Assembly (NCBI GenBank): GCA_965200875.1
Contig: OZ241456.1
Location: forward strand, 640,001 to 704,000
Length of the DNA: 64,000 nt
From: Bdellovibrionales bacterium
GTDB lineage: Bacteria > Bdellovibrionota > Bdellovibrionia > Bdellovibrionales > UBA1609
Reading direction: 5' to 3'
The notes beneath the pieces are model-generated. The model was not told the DNA's origin. It saw nothing but the letters and a program-made list of their open reading frames with translations, and searched no databases. The position numbers and the translations under genes were made by a program. Positions within the stretch are counted from its first letter, which is position 1. Each line of letters starts with the position of its first letter. Shown here piece by piece: positions 1-9,728 of the stretch.

Positions 1-16
1 GCTACAGAAAAAATCT

Positions 17-1441
17 GTGATGCATAAAAAATATTCGATAAAAACTTTTGGTTGTAAAGTGAATACTTACGATAGTGCTTTAATACAAAAAAATCTAAAC
101 CATGCTGGTTTGCATGGGCAAGATCATAACTCTTCTTCGTCATTTGGTGGTGTGCACATTGTGAATACCTGTGCTGTAACGGAATCAGCAGTTAAGTCAG
201 CTCAAAGTTACATACGAAGTTATCGGAAAAAGCATCCGCAGGATCGTATAGTGGTTACAGGTTGCTCTGCACAGGTGGAGACAGAAAAATTTTCCAGTTT
301 GAAAGAGGTGGATCTGATAGTAGCCAATTCTCATAAGTCAGAGCTGGCAAATATAATCGTAAGTGTTTTTGGTGAAGGTGGTATTCAGGCAGATAATTCT
401 GTTGGCGAAGTCAATTCCCAAGAAGGTGATTCTTCTTCACTTGGTGACAGTCATTTATTGCCGGAGTATAAGAAGTACCCTCCGGGGCAGAAAGTTTTCA
501 AGTCCTCTATTTTCAAGAAAAATGATTTAGGAAAAGATGGAGGAGTGGAGAATGGACACACCCGGTTGTTTTTAAAAATTCAGGATGGTTGCAACAGCTT
601 TTGCACTTTTTGTATTATTCCCTTTGCAAGGGGAAAAAGCCGAAGCCTTGCGCCTCAAGACCTGATTCGTTCTGTTAAAAAGCATTATGAACAGGGTGTG
701 CGGGAAGTTGTATTAACGGGAGTGCATATCGGAGATTATCAATTTCCTGATGATGACAAAAAAGGCTTGGCGGAGTTGGTTCATACTTTATTGCGGGAAA
801 CCAATATGCCCCGGATACGGCTTTCCAGCTTGGAACCGCCGGAATTAAATGATGAGTTATTGGATATTTTTACAGACTCCAGAATGTGCCCTCATTTTCA
901 TTTAAGTGTTCAAAGTGCTCATTCTGAGGTGTTAAAAAGAATGAAAAGAAAATACACAGCAGAAGAAGTGGGAAATGCCCTTTTGAAGATTCATAAAAAA
1001 ATTCCAAATGCTTTTGTGGGTATGGATCTCATTGCAGGTTTTGCCGGAGAGACGCAGGAGCAGTTTGAAGAAACTTATTCCCGTTTAAAGAATTGGCCCT
1101 GGACAAAAATACATGTATTTCCCTATAGTCCACGCCGTTACACTTATGCGGAAAAAGCTTATGCCTCTTGGCCTCGCTCTTTGATTGTGAAACGGGCAGG
1201 TTTTCTGAGACGCTTAAGTGAGGATCGCTTAAATAAGGAAAGAAAAAAGCAAATTGGAACAGTAAAAGCTCTTTTGCCTTTAAAACATAAAAATCATGTT
1301 GGTATTAGTCGGGATTATTGGACAGTACTTTTGTCGGAAAAAGCCAGCGTGGAATACGCAGAAATAAATAATTCAGGAGAATTACTTGTGCGTGTTCATT
1401 CAATAAACCCGAAAAATCAATATTTGGTTGGTGGTTTTTAG
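17..1441 (+). CDS. mtaB: tRNA t6A37 methylthiotransferase (radical SAM)
   Basis: UPF0004 N-terminus (TFGCKVN...NTCAVT...VTGC) and radical SAM motif QDGCNSFCTFC. Confidence 0.9.
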   Translation: MMHKKYSIKTFGCKVNTYDSALIQKNLNHAGLHGQDHNSSSSFGGVHIVNTCAVTESAVKSAQSYIRSYRKKHPQDRIVVTGCSAQVETEKFSSLKEVDLIVANSHKSELANIIVSVFGEGGIQADNSVGEVNSQEGDSSSLGDSHLLPEYKKYPPGQKVFKSSIFKKNDLGKDGGVENGHTRLFLKIQDGCNSFCTFCIIPFARGKSRSLAPQDLIRSVKKHYEQGVREVVLTGVHIGDYQFPDDDKKGLAELVHTLLRETNMPRIRLSSLEPPELNDELLDIFTDSRMCPHFHLSVQSAHSEVLKRMKRKYTAEEVGNALLKIHKKIPNAFVGMDLIAGFAGETQEQFEETYSRLKNWPWTKIHVFPYSPRRYTYAEKAYASWPRSLIVKRAGFLRRLSEDRLNKERKKQIGTVKALLPLKHKNHVGISRDYWTVLLSEKASVEYAEINNSGELLVRVHSINPKNQYLVGGF

Positions 1442-1531
1442 GCTGGATTTTATAAACTAAGCGGTTTTTTTTGCCATGACTGTGCAAATATAAAATATTT
1501 TAAGATCTTCTCATTTTATAATTCTTCAAGG

Positions 1532-1720
1532 TCACTTTTTAGCTGATTTTTTATCTTCTACATATCTCATTCCACTGTGTTTTTTCCAGTTGTATTCTTT
1601 TCCCTGTATATAGCGGTTTTTCCACTCTGACCAAGCATTTTCTTTAAGCTGATGTTCCACTTTACCAGTTTTATTAAAAATATTGGGTTTTTTCCCGAAT
1701 AAAAAATCCATTAATTTCAT
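1532..1720 (-). CDS. small hypothetical protein
   Basis: 62-aa ORF with ATG, purine-rich upstream region and globular Trp-containing sequence. Confidence 0.6.
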   Translation of the reverse strand: MKLMDFLFGKKPNIFNKTGKVEHQLKENAWSEWKNRYIQGKEYNWKKHSGMRYVEDKKSAKK

Positions 1721-1837
1721 TTGTCTCTTTGTTTCTTTATATTTTTATTGTTTGTTTTCCTGTATAAATAAAATGTGAGGAAAATATAAATTTTGAACAT
1801 GAGTGTAACAAATTAAATAAAAAAAGAAAAGGTCTGG

Positions 1838-2281
1838 TTGTTAATGGATAAAATAAAAAAAAGAGCAAAAGAAATTACTGAAAGTTTTTCCCGGTTTTCT
1901 TCTTGGGAAGAACGTTATAAGCATATTATTTATATTGGAAAAAGCAAACCCCCGCTGGAGGGAAAGTATAAAACAGAAGAGTGGCTGGTGAAAGGTTGTC
2001 AGTCACAGGTGTGGTTATATGCTTTTCAGGATGAAGCGGGTCGAGTGGTGTTTCGCGCGGATAGTGACGCTCTTATTACGAAAGGTTTGGTATCTTTACT
2101 ACTTGATTATTATTCTGAATTGTCTCCAACAGAAATAATAGCCTATCCTGTACCTTCTTTTTTTGAGGATTTGGATTTAAAAAATCACCTCACCCCTACC
2201 AGAGTGGGAGGATTGTACAGTATGCTTCGTCAAATTCAGTATTATGCAAAGGCTTTTTCATTCAAGGAAAATTTAGACTGA
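1838..2281 (+). CDS. sufE: SufE family Fe-S metabolism sulfur acceptor
   Basis: WEERY...VKGCQSQVW...DSDALITKGL...LTPTR motifs. Confidence 0.9.
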   Translation: MLMDKIKKRAKEITESFSRFSSWEERYKHIIYIGKSKPPLEGKYKTEEWLVKGCQSQVWLYAFQDEAGRVVFRADSDALITKGLVSLLLDYYSELSPTEIIAYPVPSFFEDLDLKNHLTPTRVGGLYSMLRQIQYYAKAFSFKENLD

Positions 2282-2297
2282 AGTTGGGAGAAAAAAA

Positions 2298-3095
2298 TCA
2301 ATTCCAATATTTTGGGCCAGATAAATTATCTTCCTTCATTTCATCATCATTATTCAGTATTTTTATTTGTTTTTTCCAAAACTTTCGGCGAAATTTAAAG
2401 GGATTTTCTGTGTTGTTGGATCTTTGTGAAACAGCTCTTAGTTTAAGGAAGAGAAAACCAGATAACAAACCCCCTAAATGCGCCAGATTAGCCACAGGAG
2501 AACCAAAACCTGCATTCAACATGGTCATTAATTCCACGCAGGCAATTAAAATCGTAAAAGTCCTAGCTTTCATAGGAAAAATAAACATAAAGAGAATCAG
2601 GCGATCACCAAAAATCCACCCATAAGCCAATAACAGTCCAAAAACCGCTCCAGAGGCCCCTACAACCGGAGTGCTCATTACAGAGCTGGAACTGCTAAAA
2701 ACAGAATACAATGCCACTCCCAAAAAATAAACAAAAGCGGAACCTACACCACAAACCAAATAGTAAATAAAGAAAAATCTTTTTCCCCATAATTGTTCTA
2801 GTTCAGAACCAAACATCCATAACACCATCATATTAAATAAAATATGAAACAATCCTGCACTGTGGATAAACATATAAGTAAAAAATTGCCAAATAAAAAA
2901 AGATTTACTGATTGCGGAAGGCACAAAACCCAACAGATGGTATATCATATCTGTTTTCATAAAAAATCTTTGAATAATGGAAACCAGTAAGAACCAACAG
3001 ACTAAATTTGCAATAATTAACACTTTTACACAAGGGGTGGTTCTGGGAATCATTATTTGAGAAGAAGAGTGATACATAAACAAACTACATTCCAA
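2298..3095 (-). CDS. rhomboid family intramembrane serine protease
   Basis: WQFFTYMFIH, HILFNM, catalytic GASG and AHLGG motifs; hydrophobic helices. Confidence 0.9.
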   Translation of the reverse strand: MECSLFMYHSSSQIMIPRTTPCVKVLIIANLVCWFLLVSIIQRFFMKTDMIYHLLGFVPSAISKSFFIWQFFTYMFIHSAGLFHILFNMMVLWMFGSELEQLWGKRFFFIYYLVCGVGSAFVYFLGVALYSVFSSSSSVMSTPVVGASGAVFGLLLAYGWIFGDRLILFMFIFPMKARTFTILIACVELMTMLNAGFGSPVANLAHLGGLLSGFLFLKLRAVSQRSNNTENPFKFRRKFWKKQIKILNNDDEMKEDNLSGPKYWN

Positions 3096-4029
3096 TAGCC
3101 GGTGGAAAAATATATAAAGGCTGGAAGCCGGAATAAAAACCTAAAAGAGACAAGAAAGATGTCTTCTCTTTCAAAAAAACCGACATTTGCATTTTTTCTC
3201 TTAAAGAGTTTCCAAGTCCTAGCCGATTTAACATATCAAAATAACTGGGTTGAGGTGTAAAAAGTTTTGGTTTTTTCCCCAAACCAGATAAAGTTCCTAT
3301 TAGTTCAATAGCATCAGAATAAGTTCCTATTGAGTCCGCAAAACCAACCGATACAGCCACATCACCTGTGAAAATCCGCGCGTCTGTATAAAGCTCCAAG
3401 TCCTCTTCGCTTATCTTTCGTCCTTCCATAATAGCAGATTTAAATTGATCCAACAGTTCATTTGCCAGATCCTGAAATAAGACTCTTTCTTTTGAGGTCA
3501 TGGGACGAAACTTTGTGCCCGAGTCTTTAAATTCACCAGTTTTAATGGAATAAGGTTCCACTTTTGCCCAGTCGTATAATCGTTCCAGATTCATCAGAGG
3601 AAAAATCACCCCTATAGACCCTGCTAAAGTTCCTGAATTAACCAGTATATTTGATGCTCCTGCCGCTACATATAAAGCACCACTGGTCATCATGGCTCCT
3701 ACAGAAACCACTATTGGCTTTTTGAGAACGGTATGTATTCTTTTAAATTCTTGGTAAATTTCCTGACTAGTGGCTACAGATCCACCTGGAGAATCCAATC
3801 GAATTAAGATACCTTTTATTTTATCATCTTGTGAGTATTTTCTTAAGTCTTTGAGAAATTTATGCTTATCAACTAAAATGCCTTTTAAATCCAAAGCCAA
3901 AATAGATTTTTGAGTGGCTGTTTGAGCGGTGTTGTCCAATTTGAAAATATTAACTATTCCTGTAAAAACACAAAAAATGATTATTATAATAATGACTTTC
4001 ACAAAAAGACTCGTTTTCTTTTTTTGCAT
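3085..4029 (-). CDS. sppA: signal peptide peptidase SppA (36K type, S49)
   Basis: N-terminal TM helix; LDSPGGS, GSIGV and KTGEFKD motifs. Confidence 0.9.
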   Translation of the reverse strand: MQKKKTSLFVKVIIIIIIFCVFTGIVNIFKLDNTAQTATQKSILALDLKGILVDKHKFLKDLRKYSQDDKIKGILIRLDSPGGSVATSQEIYQEFKRIHTVLKKPIVVSVGAMMTSGALYVAAGASNILVNSGTLAGSIGVIFPLMNLERLYDWAKVEPYSIKTGEFKDSGTKFRPMTSKERVLFQDLANELLDQFKSAIMEGRKISEEDLELYTDARIFTGDVAVSVGFADSIGTYSDAIELIGTLSGLGKKPKLFTPQPSYFDMLNRLGLGNSLREKMQMSVFLKEKTSFLSLLGFYSGFQPLYIFPPAIGM

Positions 4030-4067
4030 AAATAACTCCCTATTTTATAGCTTAATCATCGAAAAAT

Positions 4068-6281
4068 TTACTTTTTCGAACTGGCCTTTTCAGTTTGTCC
4101 TGTGGCTTGTTCAGAGGTTGGTTCAGTAGTTTGTTCTGTTTTTCCGTTTTGTTCATCCTGTTTGTTTTGTTCTGCGCCCTGTTTGTTTTGTTCAGCGACT
4201 GGTTTAGTGTTTTGTTCGGTCTGTTCAGAGGTTTGTTCATTAGTTTGTTCTGTTTTTCCATTTTGTTCATCTTGTTTGTTTTGTTCTGCGCCCTGTTTGG
4301 TTTGTTGTTCAGCGACTGGTTTAGTGTTTTGTTCGGTCTGTTCAGAGGTTTGTTGTTCAGTGACTGGTTCTGTTTTTCCGTTTTGTTCATCTTGTTTGTT
4401 TTGTTCAGCTGGCTTCACTCCCAAAGAAGCTTTCAGTGCACGTCCAAAAAAACTTTCTGTTTTTTTCTTTTTTGTTGAATCCACTTTTGCAGAGGGATCG
4501 GATTCTTCCTTTTTCGCTGTGGATCCATCAGAGGTGGAGTCCGATTGTTCTCCTCTTAATTGCACTTGTTTAACACTTAATCCAATTTTTCTGGCTTCCA
4601 AATCTATATTCAGGACTTCCACTTTTAAAATCCCTCCCAATTTTACCACTTGTTCTGGGTTATCCAAACGCTTTGTGCTTAATTCACTGATATGAATCAA
4701 ACCCTCCACTCCAGGTTCTAATTCCACAAAAACACCAAAATCCATAAGCTTTTTTACTTTTACTTCATGACGAGAACCAGGAGGATATTTAGACTCCACC
4801 TTTGTCCACGGATCACCTTGTAAATGTTTAACGCTCAAACTGAATTTTTCTTCATCAATATTTATATCTTTCACTATAGCTTCCACAATGTCTCCCTCTT
4901 TATAAATGGCTTTTGGGAAAACACGCTCTGTCCATGATAAATCAGAGGCATGGATAAACCCATCCACTTCTGACCCTTCTTCCAATTCCACAAATAATCC
5001 TGAATCAATAAGGGACTTCACTGTTACTTTTACTCGCATTCCTGATGAATATTTTTCTTTTAAACCCAGCCAAGGGTTTTTTTGCAGTTGTTTTATTCCT
5101 AAACTGATTCGATGGTTTTTTTGATCCACACCCAAAACTTTTACATTCACTTCCTCAGCCACTTTAAGTAATTGGGAAGGGCGTTTGATTTTCTTTCCCC
5201 AGCTCATTTCACTCACATGGACCAAACCTTCCACACCTTCTTTAAGTCTCATAAAAGCTCCGTATTCGGTCAAACTCACTACATGAGCTGTTAACACATC
5301 TCCAATTTTAATATCTCTACTGACAACTGCCCAAGGATCTTCTTTTAATTGCTTTAAGCCCAAACTTACTCTGTTTTTCTCTTGATCAAACTTTAACACC
5401 TTTACATTTACTTCCTCACCAATGGACACCAGTTCTGAAGGGTGTTTTATGCGATTCCAACTCATGTCCGTAATATGCAGTAATCCGTCTAAGCCACCTA
5501 AATCCAAAAAGACCCCATAGTCTGTGATATTCTTCACTATTCCTTTGATAACAGCTCCTTCTTTGATTTCAGATAAGATACGGGAGCGTAAATGTTTCCT
5601 CTCTTGACTGAGTAATACTCTGCGGGATAATACAATGTTTCCACGCTTTTGGTTAAATTTAATAACCTTAAATTGAAACTTTTTGCCAATATAATCGTCT
5701 AAATCCTTAACCGGACGAAGATCAATTTGTGAACCCGGTAAAAAAGCTTTTACACCTATATCCACACTTAATCCCCCTTTTACTTTGGCAATAACAGTCC
5801 CATCAATAACCTCTTCATTTTCAACCACTTTGGAAATATCCTTCCATATTCGAATAATATCTGCCCGATCTTTGGAAAGCACCATCATACCGTCTTCATT
5901 TTCCATACGATCAATATACACATCCACTTCTTGGCCAACTTCAATATTGCCCTGCCCTGCCACCAGACGAAACTCAGATTTGGGAATAAACCCCTCGCTT
6001 TTATAATTGATATCCACTAAAACACGATCATCCTCTACAGATAAGACATGTCCCTTAACGACATCACCCACTTTAAAATGTGATTGTTTTAAAGATTCTT
6101 CGTACAATTTGCTGAAAGATTCAGTATTCTGATTATCCTGTATTTCTGATACAGATATATCCAAATTATCTTTATCCGCTAATTCCAAAAGATACAGAGC
6201 TTTTTCTCTCTGAGTTTGTGATTTTGTTTTATTTATATCTTTATCTTTATTCATAATCTGAGTAATAACCTTTCTAGCCAT
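4068..6281 (-). CDS. rpsA: 30S ribosomal protein S1 with a repetitive C-terminal extension
   Basis: Tandem S1 domains (AFLPGSQID, DGLLHITDMSW, EGLVHVSEMSW, EGLIHISEL); follows cmk. Confidence 0.95.
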   Translation of the reverse strand: MARKVITQIMNKDKDINKTKSQTQREKALYLLELADKDNLDISVSEIQDNQNTESFSKLYEESLKQSHFKVGDVVKGHVLSVEDDRVLVDINYKSEGFIPKSEFRLVAGQGNIEVGQEVDVYIDRMENEDGMMVLSKDRADIIRIWKDISKVVENEEVIDGTVIAKVKGGLSVDIGVKAFLPGSQIDLRPVKDLDDYIGKKFQFKVIKFNQKRGNIVLSRRVLLSQERKHLRSRILSEIKEGAVIKGIVKNITDYGVFLDLGGLDGLLHITDMSWNRIKHPSELVSIGEEVNVKVLKFDQEKNRVSLGLKQLKEDPWAVVSRDIKIGDVLTAHVVSLTEYGAFMRLKEGVEGLVHVSEMSWGKKIKRPSQLLKVAEEVNVKVLGVDQKNHRISLGIKQLQKNPWLGLKEKYSSGMRVKVTVKSLIDSGLFVELEEGSEVDGFIHASDLSWTERVFPKAIYKEGDIVEAIVKDINIDEEKFSLSVKHLQGDPWTKVESKYPPGSRHEVKVKKLMDFGVFVELEPGVEGLIHISELSTKRLDNPEQVVKLGGILKVEVLNIDLEARKIGLSVKQVQLRGEQSDSTSDGSTAKKEESDPSAKVDSTKKKKTESFFGRALKASLGVKPAEQNKQDEQNGKTEPVTEQQTSEQTEQNTKPVAEQQTKQGAEQNKQDEQNGKTEQTNEQTSEQTEQNTKPVAEQNKQGAEQNKQDEQNGKTEQTTEPTSEQATGQTEKASSKK
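4095..4410 (-). repeat. 114-120 bp tandem repeat (about 2.7 copies) encoding the E/Q/T/N-rich tail of S1
   Basis: tttcc(g/a)ttttgttcatc recurs at 4141, 4255 and 4375; peptide EQNKQDEQNGKTE occurs three times. Confidence 0.9.
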
Positions 6282-6555
6282 ATTTCCACTTCAATTTAAA
6301 GTGCTCATAGTTTGTTTTTTGTCATACTTACTAAGGAATAGCTGTTTTAACAATACTTTCTTTTGATAATTTTCATTCTTTTGAATAACTGGACTTGTCA
6401 GAGCAGTAAAACTTCTGTCAAGTATCTTGTCCTTTATTTTTCTATTTAATTTCTGTCAAAGGAAATTTTACGATATACAAAAAAAAATAAGGATTCAAGG
6501 GATTTTTTTACAAGTCTAGGTAATGGGACTTGAAAAAGGTTTTTTATAAAACTAA

Positions 6556-6645
6556 AAAGCCAAGTTGTTGGCTTTTCAGCCCCTTGAAAACGGGAATCTT
6601 GCTGGGTTTTAAGGAGATTTGCCATACTTTTTCACGGGCCACTAA
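6556..6645 (-). mobile_element. partial copy of the MITE-like dispersed repeat
   Basis: Shares aaagccaagttgttggctt, cgggaatc and the terminal ttttcacgggccactaa with the 8628 and 30805 copies; its TAG is the cmk stop codon. Confidence 0.65.
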
Positions 6646-7349
6646 TAAAATAGTTTTTTAGGGCTGATTGAAAAAATTTCACTGGATTTTTTATATGCTT
6701 TTTCCACTGTTTCTTTAAAACTACAAGAACCTGTATCAATGATGAATGCACCTTCCGGCTGACGAAGAGGGCTGTTAGTTCTACTAATATCTCGGTCATC
6801 TCTTTGTTTTTGCAAAGCAATCACATCATCCACAGGCAGTGAACCTCTTTGACTGGCGCGTCTTTTGGCGCGAATATCATCCTTTGCCGTCAAATAAATT
6901 TTCAAGCCTGCGAAAGGAAATACCACAGTTCCACAGTCTCTTCCCTCCGCCACCAAGCCTCGCGGATTTTTTTGAAAGCAATCCCGCTGATGAGGTAAAA
7001 GTTCCTTTCTGACCAACGGGTATCCCGCCAATTTGGAAGCCAGAGAATCCACATCCTCTGTATATACTTCAGATGTTATATCCTTTTCCTTATAAATAAA
7101 ACGGGTTTGTTTTTCGTCAAGATGAACATCCCAGTCCTCTTTCTCAATCAGGTTGGCTATTTCCCGCTCTTCTGTAATTTTTCTGAAAAGTGCCAGATAG
7201 GCTATCCCGCGATAAAATATCCCAGTGGAAAGCCATTTCCATGCCAATTTTTCAGATAGACAGCGACTGAGCGAACTCTTCCCGGAAGCGGCTGGCCCAT
7301 CTATCGTAATTAATTTATTGTTCTCAGGCAAAATAGATTCTTTTTCCAT
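6642..7349 (-). CDS. cmk: cytidylate kinase
   Basis: ITIDGPAASGKSS P-loop, TGIFYR, EGRDCGTVVFP; start placed at MEKESIL. Confidence 0.93.
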   Translation of the reverse strand: MEKESILPENNKLITIDGPAASGKSSLSRCLSEKLAWKWLSTGIFYRGIAYLALFRKITEEREIANLIEKEDWDVHLDEKQTRFIYKEKDITSEVYTEDVDSLASKLAGYPLVRKELLPHQRDCFQKNPRGLVAEGRDCGTVVFPFAGLKIYLTAKDDIRAKRRASQRGSLPVDDVIALQKQRDDRDISRTNSPLRQPEGAFIIDTGSCSFKETVEKAYKKSSEIFSISPKKLFY

Positions 7350-7430
7350 ATCTGTTGTAAAGTTGAATGTATATATATATGGCAAAGATTATCTGATAAA
7401 ATAGATTCTTTTTCCATATCTGTTGTAAAG
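7330..7430. repeat. 33-bp direct repeat spanning the cmk start codon
   Basis: aaaatagattctttttccatatctgttgtaaag at 7330-7362 and 7398-7430. Confidence 0.9.
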
Positions 7431-7823
7431 AGGAAAAATGCCTTAAAATCTGGTTATTTTCAAGTATTAAATTTGGTAAAATCTAGGAGATAAAGTGAAA
7501 AAAAGATTTTATTATAAAACCTTGCAATTATTTCCCCCTGAAAAATATAAAAAAATCAAATAATAGCAAATTGAGGAGGGGGCAATGTCTATCGCCGGGT
7601 TGTGTGACCATTTTTTTTGGGATTTCGGCTTTTTTTTCGCTCTAAGCACTTGAAATAACAAAGCTTTTCGCCACTGGAAAGCCAGTTTTTCTTATCAAAA
7701 AAAGAGGGTGACCAATATTTCTTAAAACGAAAAAGCCCGTCTGAGATATACAGGTTGTTCGCAACAAAAAAAGAGGTAACATATAGGGAAACTCAGTAGA
7801 AAACCAATCCCTCCTGCTCCTGA

Positions 7824-8468
7824 CTAAAAGGGTACAAAATCGGTGGAATCAAATTCAACAACAACAAACCCACTTATACCTTGTGAGGTTAAATAAGTTG
7901 CTATGATAGGATCAACTTTCGCATCGGTCATATTCACCTTGGTCAAATCAGCATAGGTCAAATTTGCCCCTCTCAAATCCGCTTTAACAAAATCAGCCAT
8001 ACTTAAATTTGCCATGCCTAAATTTGCTCCTCGTAAATCCGTATCACGAAAATTCGCCTCTCGCAAATACGCCTTATACAAATTCGCATTGTACAAATTT
8101 GCCCCTCTCAAATTCGCCTTCTCTAAATCAGCCATATATAAATTCGCCCATTTCAACTTCGCGCCTCTCAGATCCGCCCCGGTAAAATTCGCCTGAAACA
8201 AATCCGCAACGATAAAACTTGCCTCTCTCAGATCCGCCCCGGTAAAATTCGCCGCTCGCAAATACGCATGAAACAAATCCGCCCCTCGTAAATTCGCCTG
8301 AAGCAAATCCTCCCAGGTTAAATTCGCCATTCTCAAATGACAATTATGCACTCCAGGCGTATAGATATAGTCTTTATAATTATCAATATTACAGGTAGTC
8401 TCAGCCTCATTCTGGCCATAGCTCAAAGCACCAAAGCTTAAAAGTAGTAAAGTAATTATCAATCTCAC
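7824..8468 (-). CDS. secreted pentapeptide repeat protein
   Basis: Signal peptide followed by about 28 A(N/D)LxX pentapeptides; SD ggagg upstream. Confidence 0.9.
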   Translation of the reverse strand: MRLIITLLLLSFGALSYGQNEAETTCNIDNYKDYIYTPGVHNCHLRMANLTWEDLLQANLRGADLFHAYLRAANFTGADLREASFIVADLFQANFTGADLRGAKLKWANLYMADLEKANLRGANLYNANLYKAYLREANFRDTDLRGANLGMANLSMADFVKADLRGANLTYADLTKVNMTDAKVDPIIATYLTSQGISGFVVVEFDSTDFVPF

Positions 8469-8627
8469 TAAATACCTCCTTAATTAAAAAATTTATAGTA
8501 ACGAGTTTTATACGAAATACTAAAAAAATCCAAGTTTAAAATTAAAAATGTAATTTTTACACAACTAATTTTTTTATCCTGAGTTCGCACTTTGAGAGGG
8601 TTTAAAATATGTAAGTGATTAAAATAA

Positions 8628-8767
8628 TTATTCTCCCGTGAAAAACCCTTAGTGTTTCAATTATCACACCCTTTTTTCATATAACTTCCCAAGGAAACTG
8701 AAAGCCAAGTTGTTGGCTTGCAGGCGGGAATCAAGTCAAAATAACATACTTTTTTACAGGCTACTAA
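8628..8767 (-). mobile_element. MITE-like element, full-length copy
   Basis: Reverse-complement match to 30805-30933 across both arms; imperfect terminal inverted repeats flanked by TA. Confidence 0.75.
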
Positions 8768-8868
8768 TCTACTTTTACAGAGTATTAGAATATTAAAAAA
8801 AAATTAAAGTTTTTTACGATAAAGGCCGATTAACTTTAAAGATCATAAATTTTAATAAGGAAGTAAAT

Positions 8869-9726
8869 GTGAAAGAAATCCAAAGAAAAACCCTCTCTAC
8901 CCCCCCCCCTCATGCACTGCGTTATAGGCTGATCCAGATATTCTCAGGTTTTAAGCAGTTTTTGGCTTTTGCAAAAATAGCAGGATTATTCAAATATCTT
9001 ACGCGATTACTCAGATTAAATCAGATTTTCTTCCCTGCTGAATCCGTATCGCAATCTGCATTGCATGTTGCAGGCGTCCACTTTGTTTTCAGGCCCACTA
9101 TGAACAGAACAGCAGGCTATACGCTTGTTGAGATTCTGCTAACAATAGGCATTCTTTCTATAATAAGCGGTATCGCTTATGTTTCCTATCAAGACCAAAC
9201 ACTCAGAACCAATAAAAATGACCTTAAGCTCCACGCTGAGCTTTTTGCCAGTGCTGTAAAAAACTGTATTACTATAAGTGGAGGTTGGAAAATTACACTA
9301 TTGGATTCTAATACTGGGATACCTGATCAAGCAAATACAGCCACCCCTTGTAAAGCGGAAGGCACACCACAAAAACCTCTAAAAGATGATTTAAAAGAAA
9401 AGCTTAATTTTACCTGCCCAGCAGGTGCCGAATGCCAGACACATACAGAAGATGCCAACGAGTCTACTTGTTTATCTATTACGAAAAAAGTTTCAGGAAA
9501 GTACCTTCAGGTGTTATCCCGTGTCTCTTATTCTAATAAGTACCCCTCTCAAATATGGTGCGGAACAATGACCTCAGAAAGTGCTTATTTAACCTTAAAT
9601 AGATTAACTTGTAAAAAAAGCCCAGGTTGGGCAGATCAAAATAAACCTCTAAACTCCCAAGGAAAAAGGCCAAGAACCACACTTAAGGATAAAGGTTTTA
9701 AACAAGATAATGATTGTTGGAAATAA
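8869..9726 (+). CDS. type IV pilin-like protein; start is GTG 8869 or ATG 9100
   Basis: Prepilin cleavage motif G|YTLVEILLTIGILSIISGIA; Cys-containing globular head. Confidence 0.8.
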   Translation: MKEIQRKTLSTPPPHALRYRLIQIFSGFKQFLAFAKIAGLFKYLTRLLRLNQIFFPAESVSQSALHVAGVHFVFRPTMNRTAGYTLVEILLTIGILSIISGIAYVSYQDQTLRTNKNDLKLHAELFASAVKNCITISGGWKITLLDSNTGIPDQANTATPCKAEGTPQKPLKDDLKEKLNFTCPAGAECQTHTEDANESTCLSITKKVSGKYLQVLSRVSYSNKYPSQIWCGTMTSESAYLTLNRLTCKKSPGWADQNKPLNSQGKRPRTTLKDKGFKQDNDCWK

Positions 9727-9728
9727 CC

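Noticed and set aside
4052..4695. Alternative-frame ORFs over the rpsA tail
   Set aside because: Shadow ORFs produced by the stop-free repeat; low-complexity translations.
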